Positions 57,345 to 64,000 of a stretch of DNA of 64,000 nucleotides are shown here, in pieces. Under the pieces are notes generated by a model, which did no database searches, was not told the origin of the DNA, and worked only from the letters and a program-made list of their open reading frames with translations. The stretch is taken from positions 1 through 64,000 of the forward strand of contig JAYKHS010000026.1 of the NCBI GenBank assembly GCA_035285865.1. Reading direction: 5' to 3'. This DNA is from Candidatus Sericytochromatia bacterium (GTDB lineage: Bacteria > Cyanobacteriota > Sericytochromatia > S15B-MN24 > VGJW01). How positions within the stretch are numbered: position 1 is the stretch's first letter; every line of letters begins with the position of its first letter. A program made the translations under genes and the position numbers.

Positions 57345-57363
57345 CGCCCCAGCATGCCCGGAC

Positions 57364-58029
57364 TCAGGACTCCATGAACCGTCTGATCCGCATCACCATC
57401 AGGTCGTTCTCGTCGGAGAACGGGGCTGCCTGAAGGATGGCGATCATCTTGGATTTGGCTGCCGTCGGCAGATCCGTAAGATTCTGGTCCGTCGCGATCC
57501 TCATGGTTGCTCTGACGCCTGCGAGGCCGGCGTCCTCGACGGCTGCCGGGTCCTCGAACCAACCCGCCTTGAGGGCGTAACGGGCCACGTCCAGGCCAGG
57601 GCCCGAGTCGCCCATGGCTTTGAAGAGATCGTCCCGCTTGCCGATGCGAGCCAGTGCCTCCGACAGGACGCCATCTTCCCCCTTGGGAACGGCGGGAATC
57701 ATGACGAGGCCGATGCCCTCGCGGTCCGCGGAGCCCCCGTTGCGGCCAAGGAGGCTGGCAATCAGCTGAGCCCGCTGATCGGGGCTTGCCGCGTCCACGA
57801 GGTCGGGGCGCTTGCGGACGAGGGTCTTGAGCGTCGCAGGCGTGGCACCGCCGATCTCCGTGTCCAGCTGGCGCTGGAGCTGCTCGCGCAGACCCTCGCG
57901 GGTAGACAGGCGGACTTCGTCCTGCCGCACGGGCGGCAGGGGCGGTGGGGGCGTGGTTCGGGCCGTCTTGCCCTTGCGCAGGAAAGGCAGCCGCTCGAGC
58001 AGGCCGGTCAGAATCGGAAAGTCAGGCAT
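57364..58029 (-). CDS. Hypothetical helical protein with Pro-rich N-terminus
   Basis: GAGGT RBS, PPPPLPP followed by QDEVRLS, then an all-alpha body. Confidence 0.65.
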   Translation of the reverse strand: MPDFPILTGLLERLPFLRKGKTARTTPPPPLPPVRQDEVRLSTREGLREQLQRQLDTEIGGATPATLKTLVRKRPDLVDAASPDQRAQLIASLLGRNGGSADREGIGLVMIPAVPKGEDGVLSEALARIGKRDDLFKAMGDSGPGLDVARYALKAGWFEDPAAVEDAGLAGVRATMRIATDQNLTDLPTAAKSKMIAILQAAPFSDENDLMVMRIRRFMES

Positions 58030-58037
58030 CAGGAACC

Positions 58038-59204
58038 TCAAAGACGGGAAGCCATCCGCAGCAGACCTGCGGCATCCGGATGACCGAGCACGGTCTGGAC
58101 CTTGCGGGCTGTGGTGCGGGAGAGCTCGAGCAGGCCTCCGCCCGGCGTGGCCAGGACCTGCGTCGACTTCAGGATGCGGACGCTGCGGTTCTCGGCAAGC
58201 AGACCGCCGACGACCTTCTGGCTGACGACGCTGATCCGCTTGGTGGATCGGGCGACCTCGCGCAGAGCAGGTGGTGCAGTCACCACGCGAACGGCTCGGA
58301 CGCGGGTAGCCGTGCCCGAGACCGTGCGGGCCGCCTGTGCTGCGGCCTGAGCAGCTTGAGCAGCCTGCGCAGTTTGGGCCGCCTTTGCTGCGTCACGAGC
58401 CTTGCGGGCTTGCTGGAGCACAAGATTCACCTGACTGCCCTGGCTGGCCAGACGGGTCTTCTGGGCGACCTTGGCGGACTTGGCAACCGTGCCCGCCGTC
58501 TGTGCGGCCTTTCCTGCCTGAGCTGCCTGTCGGGCAGCGTTGGCTGCTTGCGTGGCCTGCTGGGTCGCCTTTGCCGTCTGGGCGGCTTGCGCCGCTTGCT
58601 GGGCCTTGCGTGCAGCCTGGGCGACCTCGCTGGTCTGCTGGGCCTTGCGGGCTACCTGAGCAGCTTGCGTCGCCTGTTGCGCCTTCTGGGCGGCACCAGC
58701 TGCCTGGGAAGCCTGACGGGTGACCTGCCCGGCCTGCTGGGCGGCCTTGCCGGTGCGTGCCACGGCTTGCCCCGCCCCAGCCGCCCCGGATGCGGGCTTG
58801 AGCAGTCCTGACCCGACCAGCATGCTGCCGACCTCGAAGAGGCCCCGGCCGATGGCGCGGCCGGGACGGCCCTGCCGCACGGCTTCCGCGTAAGGTTCGG
58901 TGAACGCCTTCACGACTTCGCCGGGCCGTGTCAACAGGGCCACGGGCAGCATCGCGAGGCCCGTCACGGTCTCGATGGGATGCGTGATCATGTGAATGGT
59001 GCCGCCGACCATGTCGCCTGCACCTTGCACGGCTCCGACGATGACGTCACCGACAAAGCCGCCGAGACCCTGCTCTTCCGTGCGATGCCGCGGGCGCCGG
59101 GCGGCCAGCTCCGCACGGGTCTCCGCATCCACCGGGCGGTAGATGCGTTCACGCTGCGGGGCCGGTCCCAGAACCTGGTTCAGGTCGCGCACGAGCTTGG
59201 GCAT
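58038..59204 (-). CDS. Hypothetical protein with Gly-rich hydrophobic (pre-toxin/translocator-like) segment and Ala/Gln/Lys repeats
   Basis: AGGAG RBS, GAVQGAGDMVGG..HPIETVTGL, GRAIGRGLFEVGSMLVG, KAQQ repeats. Confidence 0.65.
   Translation of the reverse strand: MPKLVRDLNQVLGPAPQRERIYRPVDAETRAELAARRPRHRTEEQGLGGFVGDVIVGAVQGAGDMVGGTIHMITHPIETVTGLAMLPVALLTRPGEVVKAFTEPYAEAVRQGRPGRAIGRGLFEVGSMLVGSGLLKPASGAAGAGQAVARTGKAAQQAGQVTRQASQAAGAAQKAQQATQAAQVARKAQQTSEVAQAARKAQQAAQAAQTAKATQQATQAANAARQAAQAGKAAQTAGTVAKSAKVAQKTRLASQGSQVNLVLQQARKARDAAKAAQTAQAAQAAQAAAQAARTVSGTATRVRAVRVVTAPPALREVARSTKRISVVSQKVVGGLLAENRSVRILKSTQVLATPGGGLLELSRTTARKVQTVLGHPDAAGLLRMASRL
58330..58790 (-). repeat. Low-complexity Ala/Gln/Lys repeat with 13-aa (39-bp) periodicity
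   Basis: KAQQATQAAQVAR / KAQQTSEVAQAAR / KAQQAAQAAQTA. tgctgggccttgcg occurs at 58597 and 58636. Confidence 0.75.
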
Positions 59205-59318
59205 GACGGGTTCTCCTGCATCATCTATCCCCGGCAATCGTCCCCGCCTGACGGGAGAGGCGGTTAAGCCTCTCCTAAATCTGGGGCGGCTGCCGGCTTG
59301 ACCGAGAGCTTTTCCGGA

Positions 59319-59335
59319 ACTTAAGCGGCACTTAA
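59319..59335 (+). promoter_or_regulatory. ACTTAA direct repeat with 11-bp period (OmpR/PhoB-type box candidate)
   Basis: ACTTAA at 59319 and 59330 in the divergent intergenic region. Confidence 0.35.
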
Positions 59336-59437
59336 CCGCGGCAGCGCAAGAACCCAGCGTCTTCTCCGGACAGAGAACTCGTCAGGGCGTCGAGCCCTCA
59401 AGGTCACCCCCGCCCCCTTTGTTCTGGAGGATTCCCG

Positions 59438-59599
59438 ATGTCGCTGATCACCCGCCTCGTCCGTGAAGAAGAAGGCCAGAGCATGGTCGAGTACGGCATC
59501 ATCGTCGCCGTGATCGCCGCGGTCTGCATCGGCGGATACAAGGCCGTCGGTGCTCAGGTCAACAAGTCCATCGACACCCTGATCAAGAACATGAAGTAG
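59438..59599 (+). CDS. flp: Flp family type IVc (Tad) pilin
   Basis: Not in the ORF track. MSLITRLVREEEG|QSMVEYGIIVAVIAAVCIGG..., 53 aa, G|xxxxEY motif, GGAGG RBS. Confidence 0.95.
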   Translation: MSLITRLVREEEGQSMVEYGIIVAVIAAVCIGGYKAVGAQVNKSIDTLIKNMK

Positions 59600-59617
59600 G
59601 CGAAGCCTCGCTTCCCC

Positions 59618-59660
59618 GGCCCGGGGCGCCCGTCTTGGACAGGCGTCTCGGGCCTTTGTT
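59618..59660 (+). terminator. Hairpin + U-tract after flp
   Basis: ggcccggggcgcccgtc-ttg-gacaggcgtctcgggcc followed by tttgtt. Confidence 0.65.
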
Positions 59661-59669
59661 CCGGGTACA

Positions 59670-60278
59670 GTGCAAGCCGTGAGTGCTTTCTTCGTGGCCG
59701 ATTCCTGGCGGTGGGCCCTCCTGCCCGTGTTGGCAGTCGCCGTCGTCACGGATGCCAAGGCCAGGCGCATTCCCAATTGGCTGACGTTTCCCGCGATGGT
59801 TGCGGGCCTCTTGGCTTCCGTCGCCGCCGCCGCGTTGGCGGAGGGTTGGAGGGGTGCCGTGCTTGCCGGGGTGTCGTCTCTCGGTGGCTGGCTTGCTTTT
59901 CCGCTGGCCTTCCTGCTGATTGATGCTCTGTATGCCGGAGCGTGGGGGCAGCTCAAGGGCATCCGGGCCGGAGACATCAAGCTCATGGCGGCTGCGGGGG
60001 CCTGGATAGGTTTCTGGTCTGCACTCTCCGCCATCCTGGACACGGCGCTTGTCGGTGGTGTGATCAGCCTGCTCTGGGCTGCATTGCATGGGGCATTGGG
60101 CGGCGTCCTGAAACAGGTCCGAGGCTTCTTCATGGCTGTCGGTGCCGGGCTGCGCCAACCGGCCGCGATGGTCCCGGAGTCGCGAGCGCCCCTGCTGCCC
60201 TACGCCCTTTCAATCGCTCTGGGCACGATTGCCGCGATGCTCTGCCCCCCCCTCTGGCAGCTCGGTGTCGGGCGATGA
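59670..60278 (+). CDS. cpaA: Prepilin peptidase (A24, CpaA/TadV)
   Basis: TDAKARRIPNWLT, GDIKLMAAAGAW, LPYALSI. Start may be GTG 59679. Confidence 0.9.
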   Translation: MQAVSAFFVADSWRWALLPVLAVAVVTDAKARRIPNWLTFPAMVAGLLASVAAAALAEGWRGAVLAGVSSLGGWLAFPLAFLLIDALYAGAWGQLKGIRAGDIKLMAAAGAWIGFWSALSAILDTALVGGVISLLWAALHGALGGVLKQVRGFFMAVGAGLRQPAAMVPESRAPLLPYALSIALGTIAAMLCPPLWQLGVGR

Positions 60279-61177
60279 TGCGCACGTCCCGCACCGCGCG
60301 CGGCCAAGCCATGGTCGAGTTTGCCCTCGTTCTGCCGCTGTTGTTGCTGCTGACTTTCGGCACCATCGAACTGGGGCTTGCGGTCCAGCACAGGCTCGTT
60401 CTGACAGGGACGGCCTTCGTTGCGGCCCGTGTGGCGGCCGTGCACGGCGAGACGGCCGATGCCGGCGTGCGCAAGGTCGTCGAGACTTACGCCGCCGATG
60501 CCGGTTCGGCATGGCTGACCGGCGCCAAACCAGAGCTCGATCGCGGAAACAGCGGGGTCCGTGTCCGGATCTCGCGGAAGGACGAGGGCTTCACGCCCGC
60601 GCTGGTCGGAGCGATGGTCGCCAGCGGGGGGCGGCCGCCGCAGCGGGGTGGGTGGACCGTTGCTGCGGTGGTGCGCCCCGAGTTCGTGCCTGGCAGGCTG
60701 CGACGCGGTGCAGCGCAGGTGCCCACGGATCTGCAGGTGGACTACCGCGTCTCCCTGCCAGGTCTCGAGCGCATCAAGGGCATCGGCGACATCGTGCGGA
60801 AGATGCCCGGCGGGACATCGGGCGCGGAACTCGCGCTTGCCGCCGATCCCGTGACGCAAGCGACGCTGGCGAATCCGATGGACCGCAACGGCACGGTCTC
60901 CCCGAGCAAGCGCTACGTGTCCCCCGAGAATGAGGAGCAGGCCTTTCGTCAGGCCCAGCGTCTCGCCGAGGGCTTCGACCAGCTCGACAAGGTGGTCAAG
61001 GCGTTCTACGCGTCCTATGTCGTGGCGGCGACCGTTCCCGGCTCCACCGGCGTCGACGCGACCCTCGGCGCCATCGCGACCGCCTTTGCCCAAGTGGACA
61101 GGGCCGTCTCGTTGGCGGGCACCGCGGAGCAGTTGGAGAAGGCCCAGAAGGCTTTCTTCGGCGGGGCTGTCCGATGA
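60275..61177 (+). CDS. TadE-like minor pilin
   Basis: RG|QAMVEFALVLPLLLLL, AAR. Confidence 0.85.
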   Translation: MMRTSRTARGQAMVEFALVLPLLLLLTFGTIELGLAVQHRLVLTGTAFVAARVAAVHGETADAGVRKVVETYAADAGSAWLTGAKPELDRGNSGVRVRISRKDEGFTPALVGAMVASGGRPPQRGGWTVAAVVRPEFVPGRLRRGAAQVPTDLQVDYRVSLPGLERIKGIGDIVRKMPGGTSGAELALAADPVTQATLANPMDRNGTVSPSKRYVSPENEEQAFRQAQRLAEGFDQLDKVVKAFYASYVVAATVPGSTGVDATLGAIATAFAQVDRAVSLAGTAEQLEKAQKAFFGGAVR

Positions 61178-62046
61178 TGTTGCGCAGGGGACCGCGAGGG
61201 CAGGCCCTCGTCTACTTCACCCTCGTGTTGGCAGTCATCGTGGGCGTGCTCTATGCGACCTATGACCTCGCGCGCCTCACGACGGCCAAGATGCAGGCCC
61301 AGACGGCAGTGGACGCCGCGGCGCTCGCGGGTTCCTCCGTCAAGGTATCGGTCCACCATACGCGTGCGCTCGCCTATGCCGCGATGACGGGACAGGCCAC
61401 GCTGGCTCGTCTGAAGTTCGCCAAGGCGCTCGCGGTCGTCGGTGCCCAGCCCCCCGTGCCGGGGCAGCCCTATCTCGCTGCCAAGGAATTCGACAAGTGG
61501 GTGGGTGAGGCTCAGGCGCACGTCACGAAGTTGCGTCGTCTGCGGGCGGGACTCGTGGCTTATAACGCCTGGGTCGCCCGGGAGGGGCCGGAGATCGTCG
61601 CGGATGCCGCACGGCTCGCCTTCAATGCCAATGTCTCCGGCATGAATGCCGCCATCGGCGAGGGGAGTGCTGCGAATGCCCGCAATCTGGCGTTGCTTGC
61701 CGGCCCGAAGAATCTGCCCGAGAACGGAGGCCAGTTCGCTTCCGGTCGTTTCGTGGGTGGTGTCAACTATCCCGGCGAGTCGGCAGGTGCCGGTGGTTCG
61801 TCGGGCAAGACCCTGGTATGGGCGGAGCCGGTCTACCGGCCCCTCGGGTCTGCCCTGCTGGGCGCGTCGCATCCGCTTGCGTTGCCCTCGGTCGCAGCAG
61901 CTGGCATCGTGCCGGCAAGCGAACTCAAGGCCGTCGAGCCCGGTTCGGGGGATGCCGAACTCGCGGGTTTCGGTTTCCGCTGGTACGCCCCTCGGCTCTT
62001 CCAGGTCGGTGGCGTCAACGGGTATCCCCATGAACTGCTTCATTGA
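61174..62046 (+). CDS. TadG-like minor pilin (Tad N-terminal domain)
   Basis: RG|QALVYFTL, QTAVDAAALAG. Confidence 0.8.
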   Translation: MMLRRGPRGQALVYFTLVLAVIVGVLYATYDLARLTTAKMQAQTAVDAAALAGSSVKVSVHHTRALAYAAMTGQATLARLKFAKALAVVGAQPPVPGQPYLAAKEFDKWVGEAQAHVTKLRRLRAGLVAYNAWVAREGPEIVADAARLAFNANVSGMNAAIGEGSAANARNLALLAGPKNLPENGGQFASGRFVGGVNYPGESAGAGGSSGKTLVWAEPVYRPLGSALLGASHPLALPSVAAAGIVPASELKAVEPGSGDAELAGFGFRWYAPRLFQVGGVNGYPHELLH

Positions 62047-62686
62047 CCGTCGGCAACCGCGTGGGCAGGCGTTGGTCGAGATGGCTGTCGTGCTGCCCGT
62101 GGGCGTCTTGCTGCTGTTGTTGGTCGGTTACATGGGCAAGGGGCTGCTCGAGCGGCAGCAAGTCGTGATGGCGGCCCGGCACGCCGCACGCTCCGTCGCA
62201 CATCAGGCCTTGGCCCCCACGGTGGCCAAGGTCACGGGAGCTGGTGTCGTGCAGGCATCCGTCGGCCTGGCGGGGCGGAGTGCGGCCGTCAAGGAGTTGT
62301 TGCCCGAGGGCACCGCGGCGCAGCCCGACTGGGGTCAGGCCGTCGCGGGCACGGCCACGAGCAGATTGCGCCCGAGGCCCCTCGGGGCCGGGGCGATGGG
62401 TTACATGGCGACCCATGTGCAACAGGTCGAAGGCCGCGCCATGACTTTCGGTCTGGGGTTCGTGCTGTATGGTGCCAAGGCCGATAGTCGCCTGCGCCTG
62501 CTGGAGCCCGTCCGCAAGCAGGCCCAAGGTGTCGCGCGTCAGGTCGGGAAGCCGCCGTCCTTACTGGCTGCGCCGCTGACGGTTTCGGCCCAGGCCTTCA
62601 TGCCGGGTGAACTGCCCGTGCACCATCCGCAAGTCGGCCTGCTCGAGAACAACCGGTGGATCCGCGACATCGTGGAGGGCCCTTGA
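62030..62686 (+). CDS. TadE-like minor pilin
   Basis: RG|QALVEMAVVLP, AARHAAR. Confidence 0.82.
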   Translation: MNCFIDRRQPRGQALVEMAVVLPVGVLLLLLVGYMGKGLLERQQVVMAARHAARSVAHQALAPTVAKVTGAGVVQASVGLAGRSAAVKELLPEGTAAQPDWGQAVAGTATSRLRPRPLGAGAMGYMATHVQQVEGRAMTFGLGFVLYGAKADSRLRLLEPVRKQAQGVARQVGKPPSLLAAPLTVSAQAFMPGELPVHHPQVGLLENNRWIRDIVEGP

Positions 62687-63024
62687 TTCTGCCTGTCCTC
62701 GTCGCCTCGGCGACCGTGCTGCCCGATTTGCCCCGCTGCGCGGGCGTCTCCTGGGGGGGCAAGGGTGCCGCGCGCTGGGCGCGCCTGTCCGGAGCCGAGC
62801 GTGTCGCGCTGGATCGCTTCGAGGCGTGCTGGCGTCGCGCGGGATGGCAGGCCGAGATTGATCCGCAGGTGCTTGATGGCGATGCTGCGCCGGGTCGCCT
62901 GCGGCTGTGGCGAAAAGGGGTTTGGCGTGCCACGGTCTTTTCGGTGCGTGACGCCGGAGGGCGTGCGCTATGCTTGGTCGTGACGGATCGGGACAGCCGG
63001 AAATCGGCCCCGGGAGGGCATTGA
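62683..63024 (+). CDS. Small hypothetical protein in the tad operon
   Basis: TTGA overlap with the upstream gene, hydrophobic N-terminus, fills the gap before cpaB. Confidence 0.45.
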   Translation: MILPVLVASATVLPDLPRCAGVSWGGKGAARWARLSGAERVALDRFEACWRRAGWQAEIDPQVLDGDAAPGRLRLWRKGVWRATVFSVRDAGGRALCLVVTDRDSRKSAPGGH

Positions 63025-63027
63025 GCG

Positions 63028-64000
63028 ATGTCGGATCTGCGTGCCAAGTTGCGGCGTCCAGAGGGCGATGAACCGGCGGATGCGGGAGCCTCGGCCAGCG
63101 GGGGCAAGGCCCTGCGGCGCAGCAAGGCGCCTGCCGCTCGCAGTGGCCGTCAGGCGAAGGCGACTGCTCGTCCCGGGCTCCTCGAGGGACTCGACGTCAA
63201 TCGTCGGTTGCTCCTCGCGGCCGGTGGCCTCGCAGCCGTGGCGGCCCTGTTGGCCGTCACCTATCTCTCGGATGCCTCGGCGCGCATCGCGGGTGCAGGA
63301 GCCAAGGTCAAGGTCTGGGTCGTGGCCCGCGACTTGCCTGCACGGCATGCTTTGGCCGAGGGTGACGTCGAGGAGCGCGAGGTGCCGGCCGTCTATCTGG
63401 CCGGACCCCACGTCACCGCCGACAAGACCGTATTGGGGCGGGTCACGACGACACCGCTCTGGCCCGGCGAGGTCCTGCTCGAGGGGCGCGCCGTGCCCGC
63501 GGGAGCGGCCACGGGCGTGACTCCGCGGATCGGTCGGGGCGAGCGCGGCTTCATCTACGTTCCCGATGGCTTGCAGGACGTGCCCCTGGTGCGACCCGAC
63601 GACCGGGTCGATCTGGTGGCCACCGTTCCTGAGGCCGAGGGCAGCGGCCGACTCGTGTCGCGGCCGGTGGTCCACGGCGCACGCGTCATCGGTGTCGGGG
63701 ATCGCTTCACCGCCGAGGCGACCGAGTCCGCGACCGGTCCGAGCGGGGCGATCACGCTGGCCGTGCCGCAGGGACGCGTCCAGTTGCTGGCGGTGCTTGC
63801 GGAAGCAGGACGTCTCCATTTCATCCTGCGGGCGGCTGGGGACACGGGATCGGGCGCTCAGCCGGACATTCGCGAGTTGGAGCGTCTGGTCCTCGGTCAG
63901 GTCGCGCGTCCGAGCTCACCTCGTGCGGCACCGCCGCGCACAGTCGTCAAGGTGGTCCGGGCACCAGCCCCGGCGCCTCGCGTCGTGCGTGTCCAGGCCC
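63028..64000 (+). CDS. cpaB: Flp pilus assembly protein CpaB/RcpC (partial, runs off the window)
   Basis: Translated by hand from ATG 63028: TM helix, SAF domain VWVVARDLPARHAL..VLGRVTT..LWPGEVL, VRPDDRVDLVA. Confidence 0.88.
   Translation, partial: MSDLRAKLRRPEGDEPADAGASASGGKALRRSKAPAARSGRQAKATARPGLLEGLDVNRRLLLAAGGLAAVAALLAVTYLSDASARIAGAGAKVKVWVVARDLPARHALAEGDVEEREVPAVYLAGPHVTADKTVLGRVTTTPLWPGEVLLEGRAVPAGAATGVTPRIGRGERGFIYVPDGLQDVPLVRPDDRVDLVATVPEAEGSGRLVSRPVVHGARVIGVGDRFTAEATESATGPSGAITLAVPQGRVQLLAVLAEAGRLHFILRAAGDTGSGAQPDIRELERLVLGQVARPSSPRAAPPRTVVKVVRAPAPAPRVVRVQA

Noticed and set aside
59240..59437. c-di-GMP riboswitch upstream of flp
   Set aside because: I could not find the GEMM-I pattern (GGCAAA..GAAA..GACGCAAAG) or a class II layout by eye. 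An Rfam scan would be decisive.

Overview
GC-rich bacterial chromosomal window, densely coding, with no CRISPR array, rRNA, prophage or IS element that I can support. Gene content points to a diderm Terrabacteria lineage: short 4-domain RpsA, DUF512 radical SAM protein, SpoVS, an AMIN-type amidase and a beta-barrel-like protein, with no photosynthesis genes. A non-photosynthetic relative of Cyanobacteria such as Sericytochromatia is plausible but is inference only. Housekeeping blocks: tRNA-Val(TAC); aroA-ispH-rpsA; GDP-mannose genes plus ddl; rplU-rpmA; HU; yebC; leuS; lspA-obgE-proB-proA-nadD-rsfS. Four accessory regions stand out. (1) 30.1-42.5 kb: an apparently undescribed membrane-anchored locus made of degenerate domains (three HPD-less J-like domains, two JAB/MPN-like domains lacking the JAMM motif, tubulin-like protein(s), TPRs and one GNAT). 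(2) 53.4-64 kb: a Tad/Flp pilus operon divergent from an operon encoding a translocator/pre-toxin-like Ala/Gln-repeat protein, a small partner, a secreted TPR protein and a two-component system. (3) 1.4-5 kb: a GT20 (OtsA-like) synthase coupled to a non-HAD phosphatase-like gene. (4) 24-25.7 kb: a papain-like effector-type protein with an RGG/YGG repeat insert. Several genes also show a -10 hexamer exactly 6 nt before the start codon (leaderless signature), and there are structured leaders at spoVS and the DUF151 gene.
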